A stretch of DNA of 64,000 nucleotides from Eledone cirrhosa (lineage: Eukaryota). The stretch lies in contig OZ024748.1 of the NCBI GenBank assembly GCA_964016885.1, forward strand, positions 51,646,001-51,710,000. Reading direction: 5' to 3'. Below the pieces are notes generated by a model. It ran no database searches and had not been told where the DNA came from. It worked only from the letters and a program-made list of their open reading frames with translations. Position 1 is the stretch's first letter. Every line of letters begins with the position of its first letter. Shown here one piece after another: positions 11,882 through 25,460 of this stretch. The translations under genes were made by a program, and so were the position numbers.

Positions 11882-12824
11882 TGTGGTGGGGTTGCCAGTT
11901 TAGTCGCCAACGACCCGACCATAAACTCAAAGTGTATCATGCGTGTGTGCTCGCGGCACTTCTTTATGCTTGTGAGACATGGGTGGTCTACCGTAGACAG
12001 ATGAAGCGACTTGAGAGGTTCCACCAGTACTGCTTACGTTGGATCCTCAGCATAACTTGACAAATGTTTGTCAGTGACGTCGAGGTTCTGGACAGAAGTG
12101 GCTGTGATAGTGTCGACTCCTTGATTTTGAATTATCAGCTGCGCTGGACAGGCCATCTTGTAAGGATGAATGACAAGCGAATGCTGAAGCAGCTGCTTTA
12201 TGGCGAGCTCCAAATTGGAAAAAGGAATGCGAGCAAACCTAAGATGCATTTTAAGGACTGCATCAAGAGGGCGCTCAAGAAAAGTAACATCCCTTGTGAG
12301 CACTGGGAAGCATGCACTAGCGACCGATCGCATTGAAGGAAAACAGTGGCTAGTGGCAAGAGTCTATTTGAGGAAACAAGAAGAAGGCATGCGACACTAA
12401 AAAGAGATGTCCAGAAAGGAATCCATGTTGGCCTTCCCGAAGGCATTGACAGACGGCCTGACCTGACATGTGAGACCTGTAATAGGGTTTGTCTGAGCAT
12501 GGCAGGTCTAAAGAGTCACCTGAGAGTGCACAAGAACAGGGAAGTAGGCACCTGTGGGGCTATAAGTGTTCATCAGATGACGACATGTAATGTTTGTGGA
12601 AGGGTATGCAGGTCGAGTAGTGATCTCATACGACACCTTGGGTCACATGGTACCAAGGGCCCAGCACTAGGTGTCAATAATTGTCACAAGTACCAGGTAC
12701 CAGAGTTTTCAAGTCGCTGGCTGGACTAAAAAGCCACACTCGTTCAGCGCATCGGTAGGGGTTCTCCTACATGGATATAAAGTAGTGGCCGTACTCGAAA
12801 ACGAGTTGGCAGCCACCACCATGC
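11882..12824 (+). mobile_element. 5'-truncated RTE-clade LINE pseudogene with C-terminal C2H2 fingers
   Basis: KLKVY..LLYACETW..LERFHQYCLRWIL, QLRWTGHLVRM, QLLYGEL, then CxxC..H..H motifs; two in-frame stops and a frameshift; ends in (TATG)n. Confidence 0.9.
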
Positions 12825-12908
12825 ATGTATGTATGTATGGTCCTGTAACTCCTGAGGGAGCCATAGAAGTACCATATTGACATACAGTGTTTCGAGGGGA
12901 TTTTTTAA

Positions 12909-13128
12909 CCCTTTAGCATTCACATTCCTCTATATATACTATTATATTTTAATGGAAAAGGCTTTACCTCACATAATTATCTCACATAATATAGAATCTA
13001 TGAGATTTTGAAAGTATTTATTTTGAGAACAATACCTTAACATAAGTTTGAGCAACCAGTTACAGCCAGTTTCAACTGTAAAAGGGAGAGAATTCTGGCC
13101 GGTTTTGGCCTGTTTGAACATTAAAGGG
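12909..13128. mobile_element. piggyBac-like MITE
   Basis: TTAA-CCCTTTAGCATTCA...TGAACATTAAAGGG-TTAA; inverted relative at about 35364-35592. Confidence 0.7.
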
Positions 13129-13232
13129 TTAAAATGCATCTTTTATAACTCATTTATGTAGTTCAAGGTAATATTCTTTAAAAATAGAAATGACACATTG
13201 GGTTGATTAATCCTAGATGAAAAATATTCCCC

Positions 13233-14683
13233 AGACTCTAGTGAGGTAGTCATTGGCTGACTATAAGACTCTAGTGAGGTAGTCATTGGTTGACTATAAG
13301 ACTCTAGTGAGGTAGTCATTGGTTGACTATAAGACTCTAGTGAGGTAGTCATTGGTTGACTATAAGACTCTAGTGAGGTAGTCATTGGTTGACTATAAGA
13401 CTCTAGTGAGGTAGTCATTGGCTGACTATAAGACTCTAGTGAGGTAGTCATTGGTTGACTATAAGACTCTAGTGAGGTAGTCATTGGTTGACTATAAGAC
13501 TCTAGTGAGGTAGTCATTGGTTGACTATAAGACTCTAGTGAGGTAGTCATTGGCTGACTATAAGACTCTAGTGAGGTAGTCATTGGTTGACTATAAGACT
13601 CTAGTGAGGTAGTCATTGGCTGACTATAAGACTCTAGTGAGGTAGTCATTGGTTGACTATAAGACTCTAGTGAGGTAGTCATTGGTTGACTATAAGACTC
13701 TAGTGAGGTAGTCATTGGCTGACTATCAGACTCTAGTGAGGTAGTCATTGGCTGACTATCAGACTCTAGTGAGGTAGTCATTGGTTGACTATAAGACTCT
13801 AGTGAGGTAGTCATTGGCTGACTATCAGACTCTAGTGAGGTAGTCATTGGCTGACTATCAGACTCTAGTGAGGTAGTCATTGGTTGACTATCAGACTCTA
13901 GTGAGGTAGTCATTGGCTGACTATAAGACTCTAGTGAGGTAGTCATTGGCTGACTATAAGACTCTAGTGAGGTAGTCATAGGTTGACTATAAGACTCTAG
14001 TGAGGTAGTCATTGGTTGACTATAAGACTCTAGTGAGGTAGTCATTGGTTGACTATAAGACTCTAGTGAGGTAGTCATAGGTTGACTATAAGACTCTAGT
14101 GAGGTAGTCATTGGCTGACTATAAGACTCTAGTGAGGTAGTCATAGGTTGACTATAAGACTCTAGTGAGGTAGTCATTGGTTGACTATAAGACTCTAGTG
14201 AGGTAGTCATTGGCTGACTATAAGACTCTAGTGAGGTAGTCATAGGTTGACTATAAGACTCTAGTGAGGTAGTCATTGGCTGACTATAAGACTCTAGTGA
14301 GGTAGTCATAGGTTGACTATAAGACTCTAGTGAGGTAGTCATTGGTTGACTATAAGACTCTAGTGAGGTAGTCATTGGTTGACTATAAGACTCTAGTGAG
14401 GTAGTCATTGGTTGACTATAAGACTCTAGTGAGGTAGTCATTGGTTGACTATAAGACTCTAGTGAGGTAGTCATTGGCTGACTATAAGACTCTAGTGAGG
14501 TAGTCATAGGTTGACTATAAGACTCTAGTGAGGTAGTCATTGGTTGACTATAAGACTCTAGTGAGGTAGTCATTGGTTGACTATAAGACTCTAGTGAGGT
14601 AGTCATTGGTTGACTATAAGACTCTAGTGAGGTAGTCATTGGTTGACTATAAGACTCTAGTGAGATAGTCATTTGTTGACTAT
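13233..14683. repeat. 33-bp minisatellite, 44 copies
   Basis: AGACTCTAGTGAGGTAGTCATTGGTTGACTATA; no indels; minus frame open (MTTSLESYSQP)n. Confidence 0.97.
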
Positions 14684-14719
14684 GGCTAAAATAAACAGCA
14701 ACAATAAAGGAATAATAAT

Positions 14720-15123
14720 AATAATTGTTTCTACTTTAGGCACAAGGCTAGAAATTCAAAGGGAAGGGGAAAGTCGATTAAATCAACCCAGTGTATTACT
14801 GGTACTTTATTTTATCGACCCCGTAAGGATGGAAGCAAAGCTAACCTCAGCGGGATTTGAACTCAAAACGTAAACGGCCATAACTCCAACATCCGACACT
14901 GCACCGATACTGTCAATCTGTTGCCCTGATAATAATAATAATTGTTTCTACTTTTGGCACAAGGCCAGCAAATTACCCAGTGCATTACTGGTACTTTATT
15001 TTATCGACCCTGTAAGGATGAAAGGCAAAGTTAACTTCGCCGGGATTTGAACTCAGACCATAAAGAGGCGTAACTCTATGCTGGAAGGCATGGCGTCCGA
15101 CCCTCTACCGATACTCACCGCCC
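14720..15123 (-). mobile_element. Two tandem SINE A copies (14720-14927, 14938-15123)
   Basis: Both match 1143-1336; joined by (TAA)n. Confidence 0.88.
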
Positions 15124-15445
15124 TTATATAATAATGATAATAATGAAAATTATTGTGTACAGTGCTCAGGTGCACTCATCAAATGAGACATTAAGTAAAG
15201 TAGATCTCAATAGGGATGGTTATGACTGGAGTGGCTTTGATCATAAGTTGGATTGTTGTTGATCTAGGCTTAGTTAAACAACAGAAGCAGTAGTGACAAC
15301 AGTTACCAGAAATTGTCTACACATCCCACCCTTTCCTTCTCTCTTTCTTTCTCTCTCTCTCTCTCCAACGCTCCTTCTCTTTCTCTCTTTCTCAAACTCT
15401 TTCTCTTTCTTACACACACTCTCTAACTCTCTCTTCATCTATTGT

Positions 15446-15477
<32 letters not shown>

Positions 15478-16047
15478 ATTGTCTGTTTGTCTGTCTGTGA
15501 CTCTCTATCGTATCTCTCTCTCCATCTATCATCACTCACTCTCTCTGTATATATATATAGAGAGAGATTTATAACTCTCCAACTCTCTCTTTCACTCTCT
15601 CTGTCCCACTCACTCTTTCACTCCTCCTACTCTCTCTGTCCCACTCACTCTTTCACTCCTCCTACTCTCTCTGTCCCACTCACTCTTTCACTCCTCCTAC
15701 TCTCCCTGTCTCACTCACTCTCTCTGTTCCACTATATCACTTTCTTTCTCTCTCACTTTTCCCCACTCCATCCTCTCCCTCCCTCCCCCCTCTCTCTCTC
15801 TCCTCCTAAATTCTGCCACAGTTCACTCACATTTACCATTCCTCTAGGGTTCAGAAAATAATTAACACCATAAGTAAAATACGACTCACTCAATCAATTA
15901 TACATCTTCCATAAAATTTGGCTTAGTTTAATGAAATCAAAATATACATACATTATTTAGAGAATACGAGTTCATTATTCTGTTAAGTGACTGGCTACAT
16001 GGTGTGTGTTGATGTATCAATCTATCACTAGGAATATATATGTATAT

Positions 16048-16093
<46 letters not shown>

Positions 16094-16346
16094 ATATGTG
16101 TGTGTGTGTTTGTCGGTGTGCCTACACATATTCACACAAATATACAACTATCCGGAAGCTGTTATACATACATACATACATACATACATACATACACATA
16201 TGCATACATACTACATACATAAGCATACTTGCATACATATATACACACATACATAGATACATACATACATATATACACACATATATAGATACATACATAT
16301 ATACACACATATATAGATACATACATACATATATACACACATATAT

Positions 16347-16380
<34 letters not shown>

Positions 16381-16516
16381 CCAGCTAAATACATTTCAAA
16401 GTAGTTAGTTTTCAATCAAATTGCTCGTTATCAAAGATTTTGATTAATCATTTACAGGAGTAATTTCCCAGTGTCATTAATGAAACATTCTTCAATGTAA
16501 CAGTTTTTGATATCTC

Positions 16517-16547
<31 letters not shown>

Positions 16548-16859
16548 GTGTGTATATGTATGTGTATAGATATATATATATAATGATAATAATAATTTAC
16601 TTCTGTGTAATAAGTTTTGCATTGCATACATTTCTGCGTCTAAGTGTGTGGGTGTGAGTGTGTATAAGCACACACACACACACATATGTAATATGTATTA
16701 GATATTAATACACAACATACGTGTGTAAGTATACATAAATGCATTTATATCTTTACATATAAATACAATTATACATATCTATATCTAAGTATATATTTAC
16801 ATATAAATACAATTATATATATATACGTTCATACATAACTACATACATACCCACACATA

Positions 16860-17240
16860 TATACTTGCCTACATATGTACCTACATACTTACACATATAT
16901 CCATAGATATGTACCTATATACTTACATATATATATATCCATACATATGCACCTATATACTTACATATATATCCATACATATGTACCTATATACTTACAT
17001 ATATATCCATACATATGTACCTATATACTTACATATATATCCATACATATGTACCTATATACTTACATATATATCCATACATATGTACCTATATACTTAC
17101 ACATTTATCCATACATATGTACCTACATACTTACATATATATATCCATACATATGCACCTATATACTTACATACACATATATCCATACATATGCACCTAT
17201 ATACTTTCACATATATCCATACATACATATACACATATAT
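16860..17240. repeat. ~34-bp minisatellite
   Basis: ATATGTACCTATATACTTACATATATATCCATAC units. Confidence 0.85.
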
Positions 17241-17714
17241 CTTTTAATGTATTGTAATATAATTGAATTTGCTCGGTACCAATAGTTTCTTTCACTGTGT
17301 GGTTGTGTTGTGTTTGTATAGTTGTAGTGTCTGCATAGTATTGTGACTGTAATGACACTGTCTATACATTGTTGTGGTTCTCTAGAGATATTACTTACAC
17401 AGTGGCGAGGTGTGGTGTTATGTGATATGATGTGTAAAGAGTCTGGTTTAAAGTGGAGTTGATTAAGCCTGCTAAATTGCTGTTGTTTAACCCAAGGTCA
17501 GCCATGAACAAATAGACCTATAACCAAGATCATTTAAGGCATGACCAGCCTTGCCAATGTATTTAACAGGAAATGCATTGTCTAATATCTCTTGATGTAA
17601 CACACTAGTTAAATACAGAAGATAAATAAATAACACAGTTAACCTAGATACTACTTCTCTAAATTGAGAGATCACAGCTCTGACACTACGGATATGTAGT
17701 TAGAATATCTCAGG

Positions 17715-17906
17715 AAAAATGGCAAAACCAACCGGCCAGAGACACAGGGGTAGACCCTGAGCAAGATGATTCAATAACATCTAGTCACGGTTGGGGGCAT
17801 GCAGCTGGATCAGTTGTGGACGGTTGCTTCTGACTGGACCTGCTGGAAGGAGTGTTTGAGGACTCTGCCCCCATGACCCTGTCAGGAATAAGTGGGCGAA
17901 GAAGAA
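17715..17906 (+). mobile_element. RTE-like LINE 3' fragment (second family)
   Basis: Decayed RGRPxxRWxxNI..VASDxTCWKExLRTLP; homologous to 60545-60710; GAA-type tail. Confidence 0.65.
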
Positions 17907-18614
17907 CACAGATATAATCGACAACACAACACTGAAGTTAAATACAGATAGAATACTTAACACAGTTAACATAGATGAACTAGTTAACACAGTTAACACA
18001 GGCATAATAGCAAAGTTAACACAGACTCATTTACACTGACAAAACAGTTCAGCTAACAAAATATAATTGTTTCTACTTTTGGCACAAGGCGAGCAATTAT
18101 CCCAGTGTATTACTGGTACTTTATTTTATATAATTTTATATAATGCCTAGCTGACATATGTAACAAACATTGCACAGTTAATAGAATAACTACCACAGCA
18201 AACATAGATAAACAGAAGCAATAGAGCTTAGTTGTTATATAATTCCAAGTCAGCCTTGATTAAGCCGGTCTATAATCAAAAGCGTTCCCACCGTGACCAT
18301 CCTGTCTTCTTTTGTTGGTGGCATATTGTATCTTCTACTGTATTATACAATAGAAAGTTCATTTTGAGGGAGTTTTGTCTCCTACAGTTAGCAGGTTGAG
18401 TAACAATGTAGTGATTCCCTCCATGCGCACCATGTTAAACATTAGGTTGCATATGGTGCACCCTGTAATGTATGGGATAAGCAGGTCCATAACCTTTCAA
18501 AGAGGCTATTAACTCTGGGTAAGTAATGACCTGGTCTGTGATGAGCCACCCATCCCCTCCTAACAAGGAAACTGGATGTTAAATGATGTTTTTCAATAGT
18601 TTTAGGAAGATATT

Positions 18615-18951
18615 ATTAGAGTTATGGTCCTTTACGATCTGAGTTCAAATCCCGCCGGGGTTTACTTTGCCTGTCATCTTTATGGGGTCAATAAAATAAA
18701 GTACCAGTGAAGCACTGGGGTAATTGCTGGCCTTGTGCCAAAAGTAGAAATAATTATTTGGGCAGTGGATTGGCAGTATCGGTAGAGCATCAGACAGCAT
18801 GCTTTGCAGCATAGAGTTATGAACCTTTACGTTTTGAGTTCAAATCCTGCCGAGGTTAACTTTGTCCATCCTTACCAAGTGGATAAAATAAAGTACCAGT
18901 AATACACTGGGGAAATTGCTGGCCTTGTACCAAAAAGTAGAAACAATTATT
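18615..18951 (+). mobile_element. Two tandem SINE A copies
   Basis: Core and tail repeated at 18615-18757 and 18759-18951. Confidence 0.85.
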
Positions 18952-20231
18952 AGATGTGTGGTTCTGTATAAGTAAGGTACAATGTCTGGCATAATGGTGG
19001 TATGATAATGCTGAAATGTTGATGTAGTGTCTTTCATCAATGTAGTTTGATATGTTACTTTATAGTTATTAAGATTCATTAAACAGGCTTATGATTATGG
19101 ACAATCCAGCTTTGACATCCCAACCCCATTTTTTAGACCATAAAATAAATTGAACTAAATTACTCATTGTATTCATCCATTCTATTTTCAAAGACAATAG
19201 GGTGGGATTGGAGTGAGATTTGGCTTCTATTTCTAGCGTGTTGAATGACCCTATAGCAAGTCTTTGTTGGTTGATGTGATGTGGTGCAGTATGCTATGGT
19301 ATAATGTGGTTTGACACTCTGAAGCATGGTGCTATATGTTAGAGTGTGGTGTTTTAATGGCATGGTGTGTGCAGTGGTGTAGTATATTGCACCACAGTAC
19401 ATGGTGTGGTATGACATGGTCTGAAATGGCATAGCATGGATTGGCTTGGCTTGGCCTAGCCTAGCCTGGCATGGAATAATGTAGTAGTGTGCTGTCACGT
19501 ATCATAATGTATGGATGGTGTTAGTGTACATGTTGGGGTGGCGAGGTGAAAGCAAGTTGGAAAGCAGTCAGAATCAGAGAATCTGAATCAGAATGTTTAC
19601 CAAATGTTGGATATATTCTTACCAAGAATACTTACTAATTGCTTTTAATAAATGATCAGATGAGAAAGTCTTCATAATTTAGCTTTTGCAATATTGATAT
19701 CTGTCATTAGTGTAGTTGCTGTCACTGTTGTATTCAACGCTAATGACAATGATACAGCACAGACCTTACAGTATTACCATAATGAGGGTTTGGAAAATTT
19801 GGGGGTGGAGGCAGGGAGAGTGTTGGGGAAAGGGGTAGAAGAGGGTAGGGAGACAGTGGTGGAGGGCTTTAATGTTTGACCTTGTTTTCCCATATCAAAT
19901 TTGATTACGAATGGACTAAAGAAGGCGAAATGACTTCATTAAGTCAAAAGCTATAATTTTAACGGAATCAGTTTTGTTTCGTGCATCTAATATCTTGCCA
20001 AGAATTGTTTGAATTCCAGCCTGGATAAATAAGAACCGGATAAGAATTATTGTTGTTGTTTTCCACACGCACTCGGACTACTACTACTACTACTACTACT
20101 ACTACACCACCACTGCTACTACTACTACTACAATAATAACAATGATGATAATAATATGGATTGTACATTCTCATGAAAATCTCTTACTAAACGCAATATA
20201 TGAATTACTGCAATCTATTAAAATATCCCAG

Positions 20232-20271
<40 letters not shown>

Positions 20272-21156
20272 TATATATATGTATGCATATATATATTGTA
20301 TATATTGAACATATATTTATACATGATAGTGTGTGTAATATATGTACATATATATATTGTATATATTGTACATGTATTTATACATGATAGTGTGTGTATA
20401 TATATATATATATATTACCTAACACATGTATACTTCCATATTGTGTTTGGTGGGGAAGTGTGTGTGCATGTCATTTTACAAGCAAGAGGAAAGAAGTACT
20501 CAATCCATGATGTAGAGTTTTTATTCATATTTATTTAACATTTTTCAAGTAGAAATGCAAAGCTTTTGGTAACAGTGTATTGAAGTCTTAACCTCAAATT
20601 AATGTGCATGTAAGGGTGCATGTGTATGTAAGCTTCAATACTTATAAAAGGAGACAAAGTATCTGAGTGTTAAATGTACATTAATATACAATTTATTGAG
20701 CAAATAACAAATGTTCACTTTAGTACATAGAAAGAGCAGCCAAATCTCACACAAATCACATCCTTTCATCTTTAAAGAATAAGGAAAGGAATATTGGATA
20801 GTGTGATGTGAGTTTTTTAATGGATCAACAAAATCCCAGACCTCATTCCCTTACTGAATGGAATGAAGCTCATCAAATCAGACCAAGAAAATTGTTTCCA
20901 TTGGCCTTTCCATTGCTGATGCTATCTGACAGAAAGAGCAACAGGAAATAAAGTGTCTTGCAATCTCATGATTTTGACTTCAATTGTCTAACCACTAAGC
21001 CATGTACTTTCATAAGTGAAGGCATTGTGAGATAAACATGTTTCCAAAAAGATAGTATTAATTCTATTAGAATACCTTTCATCACAGATCTGCTTGGGCA
21101 GCATGGCTGACCAAGGAATAAACAAAAAAAAACGTGCAACCATATTTGTAGAGACA

Positions 21157-21345
21157 CAATTGTTTCTATATTTAGCACAAGGCCGGAAATTACCCAGTAC
21201 ATTACTGGTACTTTATTTTATCGACCTTGTAAGGATGAAAGGCAAAGTGAACCTCAGCGGGATTTGAACTCAGACCGTAGAGAGACGTAACTATGCTGGA
21301 AAGCATGGCGTCCGACTCTCTACCGATACTGCCAATCCACCGCCC
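21157..21345 (-). mobile_element. SINE A
   Basis: Matches 1143-1336. Confidence 0.9.
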
Positions 21346-21659
21346 TAGAGACTGAAACCCAGGAAATAACTGGTATTTCATCTAACCTTATTAGGATGAA
21401 TTGTAAAGTCAGCCTTGGCAGAATTTGAACACAGAATGAAAAAAGTATAATTAAATACATCAAGACATATTCTTTACTGCAATTCTATTTATAATCATAA
21501 CAATGGAAATTATTGTGTACAGTGCTCAGGTGCAGTACAACTCATTGAAGGTGCATGTATAGTACAGAGAATAACATACAAATGTCAGGACAGTGTAAGA
21601 GTCAGGACAGAGTTTTGAAGAATGCAGAGTCTCAACTGCAATATAAAAAGCATTGACAA

Positions 21660-22055
21660 AATGTACCCAGTCCACCCTGTAAAGTGGTTGTGTTGGTGAC
21701 ACAACAAAAACGACCAGTCTATCCTGTAAAGTAGTTGCACTGGTGACACAACAAAAACGTCCAGTCACACTGTAAAGTAGTTGCACTGGTGACATGACAA
21801 AAACGCCCAGCCACCCTGTAAAATGGTTGTGTTGGTGAAACGACAAAAAGCTCCCAGCCCACACTGTAAAGGGGTCACTTTAGTGTCATAATAACAAGCA
21901 CCCAGTCTACACTGTAAATGTGGATGATGTTAGGAAGGTCATCCAGCCATAGAAACCAAGCCCAAAACAGTTCCGCATGAGCAAGACTTGTCGACTCATC
22001 TAACCCACGCTAGCATGGAAAAATAGATGTTCAACAGTAGTGATGATGATGATTG
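21660..22055 (+). mobile_element. SINE B-related 3' part with 5-6 tandem ~48-bp modules
   Basis: CCAGTC..CTGTAAAGT.GTTG..TGGTGACA modules, TAGGAAGGTCATCCAGC, CCCACGCTAGCATGG tail. Confidence 0.8.
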
Positions 22056-22414
22056 ATAATCTCAAGAATGGTGTGCTCATGCATGGTGATGCTATAAAAT
22101 AGCTAAGATAGGGCAAAACCCTTAAAGATGGAAAAATAAGTTGCCATTGGTTGCTATGAGGAATTGAGCACCATATCAACCAAACACCAGCTAGGCATTT
22201 TAAACCATACTTTCTGTATGATTTCATTTAATTTATATTTTAATTAAGAATTAAATTAGATTTTTGTAGAAAACATATATTGGCAATATATGTGTACATT
22301 TTTATTTCTTTCATATCAGTTAATACTGATCAAACAAAACTATCATCAAATGTTTTCCTGCCTTGAACATCATATAATTTTCAAATCTAGTATCTACTTC
22401 AGTATACCCCCACC

Positions 22415-22495
<81 letters not shown>

Positions 22496-22496
22496 G

Positions 22497-22692
22497 ATTA
22501 ATTACAACAGTGACATACACAGACACTTAAGGTTTGTTGGTTAATACACGCCAAATCATTCAGTTGAATGAGTTGAGGTGTATAACCCAAGGAAACTTAA
22601 GTACTTGTGTATGTTACTGTTGTAACTAATTATATTTAACTCATTCTATGAACTGAGTGCTTTTACCCTTGGATATTTCTACCAAACTTATA
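22497..22692 (+). mobile_element. Fold-back HHR element, degenerate
   Basis: Imperfect 66-bp inverted arms 22497-22562/22565-22630; GAAAC-TTAA-GTA at 22592-22603; abuts (TA)n. Confidence 0.65.
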
Positions 22693-22699
22693 CTACATC

Positions 22700-23000
22700 A
22701 TTATCATCACTGTTTTACGTCAATGTTTCCACACTAGTATGGGTTAGGCAGGTTGTCCTGTTGTGGGCAATGCCAGGTCAAGTCTTGCTCCTACAGGACT
22801 AATTTTGGCTCGGTTTCTACACCTGGATGCCCTTCCTAATCTCATTTACAGTGAAAAATGTGTGCTTTTTTACCGTGGCGCCTACACAACCACTTTACAG
22901 TGTAGACTAGGTACTTTTTGTCGCAACACCTCCACGACCACTTTACAGTGGGAGTGGCATGGGGGCATATTGTCAAATGCTTCAGCTTGTACCTGTGGGA
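22700..23000 (-). mobile_element. SINE B-related, old
   Basis: CTGGATGCCCTTCCTAA and CCACTTTACAGTG modules. Confidence 0.7.
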
Positions 23001-24031
23001 ACTTGGGTCTTCTGTATTACAGTGTAATGCCAGAGATCTTGGTCCTGTATCATCGCCTTTGAGTGGTGCAATCATGCATGGTCAGTTTGTATCACTACAG
23101 TATGTATATATGTATATATATATATAAAGAATGGTGGGCTCATGTGCAATGATGCTATAAAATTGGGTGAAGAAGATTTAAAGACGAAATAAAGTTACCA
23201 ACAGCTGCTACATGGAATCAGACTTCATATCTCTCAGATAATCATCATTTAATGAAGGGAGGCATGCAGGACTGTGTCCTGAATATATTTTTTCATCCCA
23301 TTGGTAAAATAAGTTGCATTACTTTGAGCAAATAATGAATGAATATTATATAATTTATGTACTAAATTCGTAGCCATTGATTAAACATAAATATTCTCAT
23401 ATATAAATGATTGCTTATTTTAAGATTCACTTCTTTTAAAATTTTCAAATGTCAATACTTCCAGTTATGATATAATGGACGCTATATCATATCGCTTATA
23501 TAACCGTTCATATATTTGCATCATTATATAACGTTTAGATTTCCATCGCTAATTTTCTCATTTTTTTGTTTTCATTACATTTCACCGTAATGTAGTTTAT
23601 ATATAATATTGTCTTTTTTAAATGAACCATGGATTACTTCACTGATTACAGAAGACAGTGTAACACAGTCTCTCTTCAATTTCTGTGCATATTCTCAATT
23701 ACGATTTTATTTGATGTATCATATCTACATGCATATATATATTTACGTATTGTATCAATATGCACACTACACATGCCAGCAGAAAACCACTTGAAGTGTG
23801 GTTTTTCTGCTAGTATATATAATACTAGTGTTAGCATTATCTATAAGAAAGCAAACTCAATACATAAGCAGAGTATGTATTCTCATTGAAATAACTGAGG
23901 TCACAATTCCTTACTGTAATTAACCAGTTACATCTCTGTTGAGAAACATTAGTAGTATGACGGTAGTCAACATAGATGAAACTGGTGGTGTGTCACTGTG
24001 AGACATTGTGGCTTACACATCACCCCCACCT

Positions 24032-24075
<44 letters not shown>

Positions 24076-24076
<1 letters not shown>

Positions 24077-24446
24077 CATCATCATCATCATTTTACGTCC
24101 ACATTTCCCTGCTTGCAAGGGTGGGACGGAAACTGATTCTGGCTTGATTTCTACGGCTGGATGCCCTTCCTAACACCAGCCTCATTTACTAGGTGCTTTT
24201 TTTTCTGTGGTGCCTAAACGTCCACTTTACAGTGAGTGTTGAGTGCTTTTTTGCCGAGGCACCTCCACAACTACTTTGCAGTGGAATGGTAGGGACCCCA
24301 GTCCAATCATCTCATTTCTACAGCTGAGTAAACTGGAGCAATGTGAAATAAAGTGTCTTGCTCAAGGAAACAACACATCACCCGGACTGAGAATTTAACT
24401 CACAACCTTTCAATTACAAGGCCAATGCTCTAACCACTAAGCCATA
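24076..24446 (-). mobile_element. SINE B, full length
   Basis: Reverse complement of 41912-42251. Confidence 0.9.
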
Positions 24447-24484
24447 TACATACATACATATATATATATATACATATATAAACA

Positions 24485-25372
24485 CAAGGTGGAATCAAAA
24501 AGTTCCTAGACTAGTTATGTTTAAAAAAAAATAATACATCTACCAAAGTTTTAACATCCTCTCCTTCAAAATAGTCACCTTGCCCAGCAATACACTGGTC
24601 TCAGTATTCCTGCCACTTTTGGAATCCAACCTGGAAGTTGTTTTCCATAAGCATGTCACGGACCTTCTGCGATTCACTCTTGATCTCATCAACTGTGTTT
24701 AAATGGTGTCCTTTGAGCTGCAGTTTCAGCTTATAGAAGAGATGGAAGTCTGCAGGTGCTAAATATGGTGAATAAGGCGAGTGCAGATGCAATACAATGT
24801 TGTTTTTGGCAAGAAAGTCATGAGTGAGGAGAGATTGGTGATAGGATGCATTGTCATCGTGAAAAATCCAGTTCTTTGAGCTCCATACATCCTGTCACTT
24901 TCGCCGAACGACCTCCCTCAAATGCATCAAAACGTTGCAGTAGAACTCTTGATTGATGGTCTAGCCCTGGGGGATGAATTCTCAATGTACAATACTGTGG
25001 ATGTTTAAAAAACGATGAGGATGCTCTTGATTCAACTGTGGCCCTGTTGTGCCTTCTTAAGTCATGGAGACGAAGTACAACCTATTGCCTCATCACTGTA
25101 AGCTTGCCAAATAATGCTCAATGTCTCTGAAGCAGACTTCCCAAGTTGAAAGCAAAATTTTACTTTGGCTCTTTGTTCCAGCTTCCAGCTCATGAAAAAA
25201 TTGCAGGCTACAGTATACACGTGATCACAAAAACACAAATTTCACAACTCGCATAGTGAACACAGTGACATCACTGGGCACACTGTCACATGTAGGTCAC
25301 TGCAAGCCCTCACTGCATGCACAACCATGCATTGCCACCTTTTGGTGCACTACAGAACTAGCCAAGAAACCC
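24485..25372 (-). mobile_element. Mariner transposon relic
   Basis: Minus: FHDDNASY, PYSPYLAPADFHLFYKLK..FQKW..QGDYFE; partial terminal inverted repeats AAAGTTCCTAGACTAGT / ACTAGCCAAGAAAC. Confidence 0.85.
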
Positions 25373-25421
25373 TATATATATATATATACATATATATTCA
25401 TTTTTATGGCGAAGTAGTGAG

Positions 25422-25460
25422 TCTTGCTACTCTGGAGTTTCACAGAATCATCAGACAAGA
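25422..25460 (-). ncRNA. Minimal type-I hammerhead ribozyme, intact core
   Basis: Minus: TCTTGT-CTGATGA-TTCTGT-GAAAC-TCCAGA-GTA-GCAAGA; 6-bp stem I, no stem II helix, near-palindromic stem III, GUA triplet. Confidence 0.75.

Noticed and set aside
13233-14683. CRISPR-like appearance of the 33-bp hairpin-containing repeat (also the 31-bp and 48-bp arrays)
   Set aside because: No unique spacers, no cas genes, eukaryotic context
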